From Nageia nagi (Eukaryota; Plantae; Pinophyta): DNA of 64,000 nucleotides. Positions 26,741 through 36,790 of the stretch are shown here, in pieces. Numbering within the stretch: position 1 is the first letter of the stretch; each line of letters begins with the position of its first letter. The notes below the pieces were generated by a model. That model ran no database searches, was not told the origin of the DNA, and saw nothing but the letters and a program-made list of their open reading frames with translations. Where the stretch lies: positions 12,214,001-12,278,000 of the forward strand of contig JBITNC010000002.1 in assembly GCA_050084985.1 (NCBI GenBank), written 5' to 3'. A program made the position numbers and the translations under genes.

Positions 26741-29700
26741 CAAGGTTGGAAAACTTGGACTTGGGAATTACCCGGCCATGAAAAATTTGGAGAGTACTCG
26801 GCACCAAAACTCGGCAAAAAAAAAACACGAACATTTTATGAAACAAAATACAAAAACATATTTAAATAAGGGATTAGAGAGCTGCAATGATCATTGATTG
26901 TTTGTGACCATTAATGATCATCAAAAATAGTGAATACAACAATGTATATAGTCATAATTCATAACTCAAAAGTAAAGTAGTTCTAAACTTCTAAATAGTA
27001 AAGTCTAAAGACTACTAGTGCTGGAATAAAAACTGAATCTAGACTCTAAGAGTCTAACTCTAAAGTACTAAACTACTAGTGTTGCAATCAGTGCAATGGC
27101 CTCTTTCCCCTCATCTCGATCCTCTTATATATCCTCGGCTCACTCCTCACAGCATGTGGTGGCGAAGGATGTCGCACTGGCACATCCTCGTCCCCAATAG
27201 AATGCTCAACCTCAGGTATGTACTCATCCTCGTCCTCATCCTCATACTCATCCTTAGCCTCATCCTCGGGCTCCACATAAATTGCAGCTGCTGCACTGGA
27301 TGTCCCTTAACCTGCTCTAGATGTACCTTCACTTGCTATAGATGCACCTTCATCTACTGCTTCTCTTTCAAGTTGCTCGATGTCCTTCTTAGTGAAGATG
27401 GGTTCCACATCTTCAGAAACCCAATCTACTAGTGGATCCATAGAATCAAGGTCAATGGCATCATAGCAATTTGTGCCCTCCACTTGTCTAACATGAAGAC
27501 GAAGATTGTATTGGACGAACACAAGGTCATTCAGGCACTGTTGGCTCAACCTGTTGCGTCTCTTTGTGTGAACGCTCTCAAACATGGACCAATTGCGTTC
27601 ACACCCAGAAGCACTACAAGGCTGGCTCAATATCCTCACTGCCATCTTTTGAAGATTCGGACACTGACCACCATTATCTTCCCACCAACAATCTGTGAAA
27701 AAGAAAATAAAATTTCAAAAACTCAATCTAGCTTTGATAAAATACTAAATTACTAATAGTAAAAAGACCACATTTATAATTTTAGATTATTACCTGGTCG
27801 CAAGGTGTTCGTCGATATTTTACAAAAAACTGAAGAAAGAAACCTCCCTTCGGCCTTCTTGTAGGCCTGCATCTCTTCTGGAACAAGAGCCCTGAGGTTA
27901 TCATCAGGGATCATCCTCTCAATGCAAGTATAGAGGCCATCCATAACCTCATTATCAGCCTCAAAATTATCAGCATAGAAAAACTTGGGGTTCAAGTAGA
28001 ACCCCGCTGCATGTAGAGGTCGATGGAGATGATGGGTCCATCTCCTATCAATGATACTCTCAAGGGCATCCAATTTATTTATGTTTCTCTTATACATACG
28101 TTGGACAACCGCATTAGCCCTATCCATGGCCTCATATAGATAGCCCATCGACATCAAATCACCATCTACAAGACGAAGAACCTTGACCCAAGGTTGTGTG
28201 ACCTAGAAATCATTAAAAAAAACAAATTTAGACTTAAGTAAAGAAAAATAAAAACTACAAACTGACAAAGCTACAAACTAAAAAATTGAAAAAAAAATAA
28301 AAAAATAAAATAAAAGAAAGAATTTAAATTACCTTCAAGGCCTCATCAACACACTCCAAAACAAGTCATCAAATACTATCTTTTGGATCTTCTCCCCATC
28401 ATCACTATGACGAAAAGAAGAATCCCTCCATTTATCACTAATAAACATCCTCTTAAGAGGAGCTTCTGCTTCAAAAAGACTTTGTAATGCAAGAAAATTA
28501 GAGGCAAATCTAGTGATACCTGGACAGATGATCTCCTTGCCACCCGTGTGCTCTCTCATCAAACTAAGCATCCAAGTGTGGTTGTAGATGAATTTGGTAA
28601 TTATTATTGCTTCATCAACCATAGTTTTAATCCATAAGAGCTTGCCCATGTCCTCTAGCATAAGGTCAATCACATGGGCTACGCATGGGCTCGAAAATAA
28701 GGTTTTATACTTCCTCTCAAGCATTTTACCTACAGAAACATATGCTGAAGCGTTGTCTATCACAACTTGGACAACATTTTCCACATCCACTTCCAACACC
28801 ACTTCCTCAAGCAATTTGAAAATCAGTGATGCATCTTTTATTTTATCGGATGCATCAATTGACTTCAAGAAGACCATTGATCCACATGATGCCAACATGA
28901 AGTTGAGTAGTGTATGGTTCTTCGTATCTATCCATCCATCTAACATAATTGTGCATCCATGTTTGCGCCAATTCTTTCTTTGCTCATCTACTATGGCACG
29001 TGTGGTAAGTACTGCATCCTCAAGCAAAGGACCACTGAAATCCTTTGCGGTAGGGGCCTTCATCCCTCTTCCAACATTGATGAATGCATTCACCATGGCT
29101 GCCCAATAAGGACTATTTGCAACATTAAAAGGAATGTTGCAATAGTACCAAAAATTTGCAACTGCTCTTCGGGCTGCTTGGATTTTATCTTTTCCCCATG
29201 ATGTAGTGTCAAGGGAAGGTTGTGCCTCTGTAGGAGGAACAAAGAAACCTTCCATGGTTTTATGCCTCACTGAAGCTGAAAGTGTTGAATTTTCATTTTC
29301 TTTTGAACATGGATTTTGGGCAAATAAAGAATTTGACATTGAATCTTCAAAGCTCACGTTCCCCCCAATCCCTGCACCAACTGCCACCTTGGTCTTTTGC
29401 TTTTCTATCTTCTTTTGTGAGGATGTAGCAAGTAAAGCTTGCATCTCACGTACAACCTCGGGAGGTGCAGCAAAACAAAGTGCTACATCTTTACTTGGTA
29501 TCCTTGCAAGATGGTATTTTAATCTATTGATACCACCCCTATAAGGTCTTTTGCAAAAATTGCAAATCACTTGACTTGAAAGATCACCCTTTTTGCCATA
29601 CTTCCAAGCAATATTTGTCCTTGGTGCTAGAGGAGAAGGTGCACTGGAATTGACATCATCTTTAGTTTCCATCTGGAAAATGAAAAAAAGTAAAATTCCT

Positions 29701-30259
29701 ATTAAAAACCCTATAAAACCCTAACCCTGATTTACAAAAAAAAATCACAAAATATTCCAAAAATAACAATACCCTTTTGAAGTATAGGCATTAACATTAA
29801 CATACAAAGGGGAAAAAAAAAATTCCATGGTGAAATTAAAAAAAAAAAGCCAAAAACCCTACCTCTTCAAATGCACGGTGAGAATTAAAAAACACACAAC
29901 CGGATCCCAAGCTCTTGAGAAATCTACGGTGAAATGCTAAAAATCCACAATGAAGCTCTTCAGATTGATGTTGAACCTTCGAATCTTCAAAAACTGACCT
30001 GGAGAGCAAAATGAGAGAGCAAATGAGAGCAAAATGACCAAACTGGGCAGGAAATAGGGTGACTATCCAAAAAAATCAGATTTTCCGGCTCTATTTTGCC
30101 AGTTAACCGTCAGTTACTTGCCGGTTTCCAGTCTGATTACTCGCTGGTTAACCGGCAAAACCCAGGGCCAGCGAATTTAGACCACCGCGGACTCGACAAA
30201 GGGGAGACTCACGGGTACCCATGGTTTTCCGCAAGTTACCCATAGTTTTTCCTTCACTA
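26741..30259 (-). mobile_element. hAT DNA transposon, near-intact, with perfect 8-bp TSD
   Basis: TSD GTTTGAAG at 26733-26740 and 30260-30267; imperfect TIRs (CAAGGTTGGAAAA vs reverse-complement TAGTGAAGGAAAA). Confidence 0.93.
27088..29672 (-). pseudogene. hAT transposase (BED finger, DDE core, dimerisation domain), 3 exons, 1 frameshift and 1 premature stop
   Basis: Exons 29672-28333, 28202-27794 and 27692-27088 with GT-AG introns. Motifs CNFC..GGINRLKYHLA, DGW, CVAH, TRFA, LHAAGFYLNP and SASGCERNWS. Frameshift near 28352; TAA at 27307 precedes an in-frame acidic tail. Confidence 0.9.
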
Positions 30260-31070
30260 GTTTGAAGATCAAAGGATTAAAGAGGATCTAAATAGTGTTG
30301 CAAGTAATAGCTTATTTTGAGAGGAGTTAGTGGCTTCTCTTGTTGAAAATTGTTTCCACTTGTCCCTTCTGAGAACAGAAAGTAGAGTGATTGGATGATT
30401 GGCTTATGGCACAAGTTATGGGGCAATGAACTGGACAGAATCTGCGTTAGAGGTTGTTGAAGTTTGTAGACCTTGTTTGAAATGGGATTGTGAAGGAACA
30501 AACTTGTAAGATTGTGTCATATTTATGGCACTAGGGGAGGTGTTAACAAGGTCAAGGATGGAATTTCCTAGGAACAAATATTGAATAAAAGATGCTTGTG
30601 TGCATTGCAACATTAGCTAGTCAATGATTTATCTGAGGTGAATTCTCCAAAAATATGTGCACGTTCAATCTGGTCCCTAGTGGAGCATTTATGCTTAGAT
30701 GGTTTGGATCCAATTCTTGCAAATGATCCTGAAGATCCTTTCAATATTATCATTTCAAATATGCACAAGGTATCGGTCACTGTCAATTATTCAACTCCAA
30801 CAACTACAAATAGGTTTGAGGATGTTCAAACAGTTCTTCTATGTGCACAACATTTGGCAGTACAATATCCAAGAGCAGCTCAACTTCTGACCAAAGAATT
30901 AGAGGATTTCAGGAATAGCAATCTAGCGGATGCTTTGAACAACCATCAATGTCGTCTTATATTGCAGATGATAAAATACATTACATGTCATCTAGAGTGC
31001 ACAGGTTCTCCTCCAGCTAGAGGAGACCATCCAGTTAGCCACCACAAGCTTATAGTTCAATATTCTAAGA
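30260..31070 (+). pseudogene. TPLATE: Captured TPLATE fragment, part 2 (right of hAT insertion)
   Basis: Resumes FEDQRIKEDLNSVASNSLF*EELVASLVENCF, then MNWTESALEVVEVCRPCLKWDC, GLDPILANDPEDPFNIIISNMHKV, DVQTVLLCAQ, AAQLLTKELEDFRN, HQCRLILQ.IKY and RGDHPVSHHKL. Confidence 0.92.
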
Positions 31071-31429
31071 CTATTGAAGGACCAGCCCTTCGTGCAGCAG
31101 ATTCATTAATGGATTTAGAGCATCAAGCCCATAGTGCTTGTGAAGTTTTAGTGAGTAGATTACTTCAACAACTAGGAAATACCAAAGATCCTTCAGTTAA
31201 GGGACTGCAAGAATTGGCTAAACATATCCTTGGAAAAGGTGCCCTCTCAATCAGATACACAAACCTCTACGACAGGAAAACCATCAGATACAGATGAAAC
31301 CGATATTAATCCACCCAAATATTCAGGTTTGAGTCCACTTGCCACATTCCTTTTATCAAGATGCTAGCTCAAAATAGTGACTCATTAAAAGATGTTTATA
31401 CAAGACTTCTTTGTTTTGAGCTTGGAGAG

Positions 31430-31645
31430 ATGACACCTTCCATCAAGCCCCCACTGCTTGATGATGAAGGCAAATTGATTCTGCTACCACATCAGATTTT
31501 GGATTCAAGAGAGAGCCAGCTAAGGAATAAGGTATGGACAGAGGTACTCATGCAGTGGAAAGGACTTCCATCAGAAGATAACACCTAGGAATCTGTTGAT
31601 ATTTTGGACCATCTAGCTTTGTCTTGCTTGAGGGCAAGCAAGTCA
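31430..31645 (+). pseudogene. Gypsy integrase-terminal chromodomain remnant
   Basis: PPLLDDEGKLILLPHQILDSRESQLRNKVWTEVLMQWKGLPSEDNT*E, homologous to 21770-21960; both end in TGCTTGAGGGCAAGCAA before the PPT. Confidence 0.88.
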
Positions 31646-32806
31646 GAAGGAGGAGATTTATGCTGACCCTGATTCTCCAAATATAAATAAATAAATAATA
31701 AATAAGATAAGTGGAGCATAAGTGTAGGAGAATAAGTTCAGATTTGACCTAGTTTCAGTTGACTAGAAGAATCTGGAGTAGTGCATGATTAAAAGAGTAA
31801 TTAAGAGGTTGGTCTGTCAGTCAATGTATAGCTGTCAATTAATAAAGCAGTCAGCTGGTAGTGGAATTGCAATTACTCCACACTATATGAAGGAGAAATT
31901 AGTGGGCAACTAATAAGTGATAGGTAATTAATAAGTGAGTTAGTAGAGCCCATAATGCATGCATGCATAGCTATCTCTTGGAATTCTATAAAGAAGGGTT
32001 TTGGGGAAAAGGTGGTGTCTAATGCATCAAAATAAAAAAAATGGTTTTATTCCCAATTGGGTAGCTGGGTGTAGTAGTGCGTTGGGCATTGGGGGCGGAA
32101 ACCCTCAATACTCGGGAAATCCAAGGTCAGAGGTTACGATCAGATCGATTAAGAGCAGCACGTGAATGCAGGCCTCTTTCAGGAGCAGACCCTAACCTTG
32201 CACAATAGATCAAATTCTTAGTTTTAGTATGAAAGCAGTTGCAGACTGGAGGACAAACAACACTTCAGGTTTTTAGAAAACATTGTAGTTCAGAGTGCTT
32301 TGTATTTTATTTTCATTGTATGCTTGTTGTGAGAGAAAAATATATCAAAGACCAAAACTATTTCTTTTCTGGACAATTTCTGTGTTGTTTCTGCATTTTA
32401 GTTAGGGATATTACATGGAAATGGTGCCTGATGAGGAATTATCAGCTCAGTTTTTTATCTAAGAGTTTCTTCATAATATTTTTCCACTCTGCAGAAAAAT
32501 GTAGTCATTGCATAACAATTTCATATTGATCAGTCTACAAGCTACCATGGTTATCATGTATCTATAGTCAATGAATTTATAATAAAACACACAACTCAAA
32601 TCCCACAACTGCATAGTCTCAATAGTACATTTGACCTATAAAAATGAGTTTTCGAACAAATGTCAAACCTCTGCAATTAATCTTTTGTTGCATAAACAAT
32701 GTTTTGGTATAGCGTAAATGATCTACGATGAACACTAAAACTAATGCAATTTGGTTTGGAATGGAAAAGAATATCCATGCCATTAGAAGATTTCAAAGAA
32801 AAATAC

Positions 32807-32889
32807 CTCTGCACCAGTTTAGTTGCTTTACCCACGCAAACAATCAATATTCCCGTTGCCATTGGGTCCAAGGTTCCTGCATGCCCAAT
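32807..32889 (-). CDS. truB: truB exon 3 ([27 protein letters not shown]), catalytic motif
   Basis: Acceptor TTGCAG|ATT, donor CAGAG|GTATT; 83 nt; inside ORF 32677..32895. Confidence 0.97.
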
Positions 32890-32961
32890 CTGCAAATGAT
32901 TACATTTCAGCTACCAACAAAATCATGAAATTTAAACTAAAGAACTTGGGAAAGCATTGAT

Positions 32962-33055
32962 ATTTGCATGATCAAAGTCAAAAGCATGAGAAAGCAAGAA
33001 AAAGACAAATTTGCATGATCAAAGTCAAAAGCATGAGAAAGCAAGAAAAAGACAA
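32962..33055. repeat. Perfect 47-bp tandem duplication in truB intron 2
   Basis: ATTTGCATGATCAAAGTCAAAAGCATGAGAAAGCAAGAAAAAGACAA twice. Confidence 0.92.
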
Positions 33056-33088
33056 CCCTGATCATAATAACCTGGTTTGGTTGCTTAC

Positions 33089-33144
33089 TTTCTGAACTTT
33101 AATCAAGCGACGCAATTTCCCACAAACAGTAAATGAAGTCCATC
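33089..33144 (-). CDS. truB: truB exon 2 (GWTSFTVCGKLRRLIKVQK)
   Basis: Acceptor TGCAACAG|GA, donor AAA|GTAAGC; 56 nt; completes the KPKGWTS motif. Confidence 0.95.
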
Positions 33145-35274
33145 CTGTTGCACAAAAAAATAGCAAAACTTGGCTTGGTATAATAAGATATGTAATAATA
33201 AGGGCAATGTAACATCAGTAACAGAAATGCATTATATATATCAGTTGAAATTGGAGGCTATAAATGTTCTAGACTGCGTTTAACGAGTTTCATAATTTCT
33301 GAATCATCTAAGAATCAATGAACATGTATATTATTTATGAAACATCAAAACATTGATAAAGGCCACATGTTAAAGGTAAACTTGTAAAGAAAGATGGGAA
33401 AAACCAGAACTGCTCCACAAGATACACTCTAAAGTTGAGTTTAGAGAAAAGCACCAAATTGTAGTATAAAGTATAAACCACACATGAACCTGATACCAAG
33501 TGAAGTGCAGACTTTCAAGAGATTGCATGAGAATTAAAATCACTCCATATCAAATTTGACACCAAACAGGAAATCGAATAACTTCAAGCCATTTGTATAA
33601 TACATACAAGGAGGGAAATGGCAACAAGGGCTCGGTTTACTGGTGTCACCCTGCCCAAATAGCATGAGCTCAAAACAGGTGTCAGCTAGTGCAAGTGCTG
33701 AGAAACAATGGCAATAAAGATACCCTTTGACCAGGAAACAAGACCGTGGAAAGTCTGCACTATAAACCACAGGCCCTTCAAATGTATTTCTCAAAGCTTA
33801 ATACAAAAAAAAAAAGAAATGGTGTTATATTATTTCATTGGCCTCAACCTGACCAGAGGTATAAATATCAATCGTGTTTCCCTCAAAATTATCATCTTCT
33901 TTGATCATTATCTTATCAAAGTATGTTCCCTCCACTGGAGTTTGAATCTCAAATTTATTTTCCTTATCAATTGCTTGGAATATTGCTTGCTATGTGTTTG
34001 GTTAATGGTGAATGCACTGCAGTAGATATGGTGTTTATTTTTTAATGGAAAATATGCTGTACCCTCATATAGTATCATAACCATCGAATATTCCATCTTT
34101 GGTATTCAATCTTCTGTGTGCATCGTGGGACAACAGATGGTGAGTGGACAGCAAATCATTAGTAGTGATTTTGCTTAGTAGTCAGCGACACAGCAATGCA
34201 TTTTTACAACAGTAGTGCTATAACCAGGATCAGAGGGTAGTATAGTCATAAGCAAGGCACATTGCTCTAATACCAAGCACTTATTTGCATCTGTTGAGAA
34301 GTATGTGTCCTGCGCATCCAACAATGCTCAACTTCCTTTATTGTCCCCACTGAAGAGTGAACGTATCGACAACTTAAAGGTGCTACATCCATGAGATTGT
34401 TTTGCACAGGAAGCATCACCAGCAGAGCCAGGATGTCCCCAAAATAAAGGATGCTTCCTACAATACGAAACTAGAGACATCCTCCATGCATATGATGGCA
34501 TGACCAGCTTGTCCACAGGGTTAGCTGGGCTACACAGAAGGCCAGTGATCTATCTAAATAAGCATTGATTTTTGCATTCATCAAGGGTAAAGCCTGATGA
34601 ATGAGTATTTAAAATGGCTTGCTAAATAGAAATTTCCATAACAAACCTGCACCAGAAGCTAACTAGCTAGCAGTAAGGACTAGGGAGCCAAATGAGTTCA
34701 ATTTGTTGTCTCATCCACTTTGCCTGCATTTTGCATCCTCCTTCCATCTATACCCTGCCCCTATCCCTGCATATGTGATATTTATGTTTCAAAAAGGCCT
34801 CTTCATTTTGCTTGCACACAAGGTTTGTTCACAAGTGGTTGTATTTGTGTTTCAAAAACTCACCATCCCCAACGACTTCCTTATGGTTGATGTGCATACT
34901 GAAGGATTTGGAGGTTATGAGACTTAAACAAGCAACAATCTTGCTATGCTTTTACTCCAAATCATTATACCCAGGATCTTTCTCTAAACAGTTTAGAGCA
35001 GTAAAACTCGAATTATAACAGCTGATTATGATGAAGTACAGTAGAGAACTAATGATGATAGCAAGTATTAGATCACAATAACTGATTAAAAGATAGTACG
35101 AACTGAAATCTTAAATGTTCCAGACTAAAACAGCAGTTATAAATTAAAAATAGCAGAGCGAATATTCACTATTGCTTCAGGATAATCAATTCTGAAATCC
35201 TAGCAGTCATTCAATATAATAAAAGTGACAGAAAGGAACTGAAATATACTTGTATCACCTGAAAATAACTTGTT

Positions 35275-35899
35275 TTGTATATACATGATGAGGCTAAAAG
35301 CATAAATGCAACTCAATTTCATATCATGGTTGGGAACCTTATCATCTTGACTACTACAAGACAGGCTATTGCACATCTAATAAGTTTAGTGAGCAGATTT
35401 ATGGCTGATTCTTATGAGTTTCATTTGCAATTAGTGAAGAGGGTATTCAAGTACTTTGGAGTTTGGGGTTAAATACTCTTATGGATGGACAAATTCGGAT
35501 TGGGGAGGTAGTTTAATTGATTGAAAGTCAACTTCTGGCAACTGTTTCTCACTTGCCTCCAGTTTGATTGGTTAGAGCTTAAGGAAACAATCCATTGTGA
35601 CACTCTTTTCAATGAAAGCAAAGTATGTAGCAACTAGAACAGCAACAACTCATACCTTGTTGTTGAGAAAGATGTTATATGATTTGTGAGAGAAGCAATT
35701 GGTAGCCACTATATTGTTTTGTGACAACCAAAGTGCAATACAAAATACAAAAAATCTTGTTCACCATGGGAGATCCAAGCACATTGACCTTCAATTTCAT
35801 TTCATAAGAGACATGATAGAAAAAAGTAATGTGGATTTAAATTTTTTCAACACTAGCTTGCAGATATCTTCACTAAGGGGGTGGAGATAAACCAATTCT
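35275..35899 (+). mobile_element. Older Copia RT/RNaseH remnant (continues at 42416-~42750 with PPT and LTR remnant)
   Basis: ILFCDNQSAIQ...HGRSKHIDLQFHFIRD; after the nested Copia, a PPT TTAAGGGGGAG at ~42457. Confidence 0.75.
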
Positions 35900-36679
35900 T
35901 GTTAGACACCTAATCTTTAGGGATTATGGTATTTGTAATATAATAGTAGTATTTACTAAGTATAGTAAATTTGTAGCCATGAGAATAATGGAATATTAGG
36001 AGTCATAAGTTAGACAATATGAAGAGTTCTTGAGGATCCCAAAGGTCACCAATGAAGGTGAATGTGAAGAGTCATTTGATAATGTATTTAGTCTCATTTA
36101 TAAGCTACAACAATACTTTTGATCTTGGAGTTAATGAATGGTCTGTCATTGGTATCAAAAACTAGTTCAAATCTGTCTAACTTCATGAAAATTAAAGGAA
36201 AACTTTGTCCAAAATTTACCGAAATCTTTGTCTTTTGTTTTTGCAAAATTTAATTCACAAAATCCATTTTGGAGCCTATATTCAAATACCCATTTTCATT
36301 CTGATTGATTTGGTGTATTGGATGATTTATTTTGGAGCAAAAATGGCGAAGTTATAAGAATTTGAAGGTTGCAGTCTGTAAGCAAGGGTTTTAAGACTGG
36401 TTCATGGTTTTTTGGAGCGGTTTTTTTAAGACTATTGGTGGTATTAATTTCAGCCTGAACATCTGTTTTCCCGTTTGTGGTGACTGCTTGATGCAATGAA
36501 GACCACACCCTTTGAAAATAGGCTTGCACATCGGATTGAACCCGTTGTGTGTGGGACAATCAATGTACCTATCACCTTCCAAACAAGCCTAAAACCCTAC
36601 CGAATGCATCTAACAGACCATGACACCTTGCAACGTGCACCAAAACCGTTCGTTTTCTGCCCATGTGGAGCCACATCAA

Positions 36680-36790
36680 CCCAATCACCTACCATGTGTA
36701 CCACCCAATCACTTGTCACATGTACTACCCAATCACTTGTCACGTGTACTACCCAATCACTTGCTACGTCAACATAACTACCCAATCAGC
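36680..36790 (+). repeat. 24-bp tandem repeat in the Copia 5' leader
   Basis: ACCCAATCACTTGTCACATGTACT-like units, about 4-5 copies. Confidence 0.8.

Larger units (their letters stand above)
24163..32415 (+). mobile_element. Non-autonomous chromovirus-like LTR element carrying a mosaic of host-gene fragments
   Basis: LTR-like 24163-24802 ending GGGATATTACA; PBS TGGTATTAGAGC 24804-24815; RT remnant; chromodomain; PPT AGAAGGAGGAG ~31645; LTR-like ~31660-32415 ending GGGATATTACA; TSD-like CGGAA/TGGAA. The two LTRs are only distantly similar. Confidence 0.75.

Noticed and set aside
28588-29544. Plus-strand ORFs of 80-173 aa (likewise 20594..21181 and 38948..39535 on the minus strand)
   Set aside because: They are antisense shadows of transposase or pol coding sequence.
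30638-31297. 219-aa ORF as a functional TPLATE gene
   Set aside because: It is an internal fragment only, with upstream stops and deletions, split by a hAT, fused to unrelated sequence and inside an LTR element.
33600-34560. GC-richer patches in intron 1 that might be gene fragments
   Set aside because: No recognisable motif in the frames I translated.
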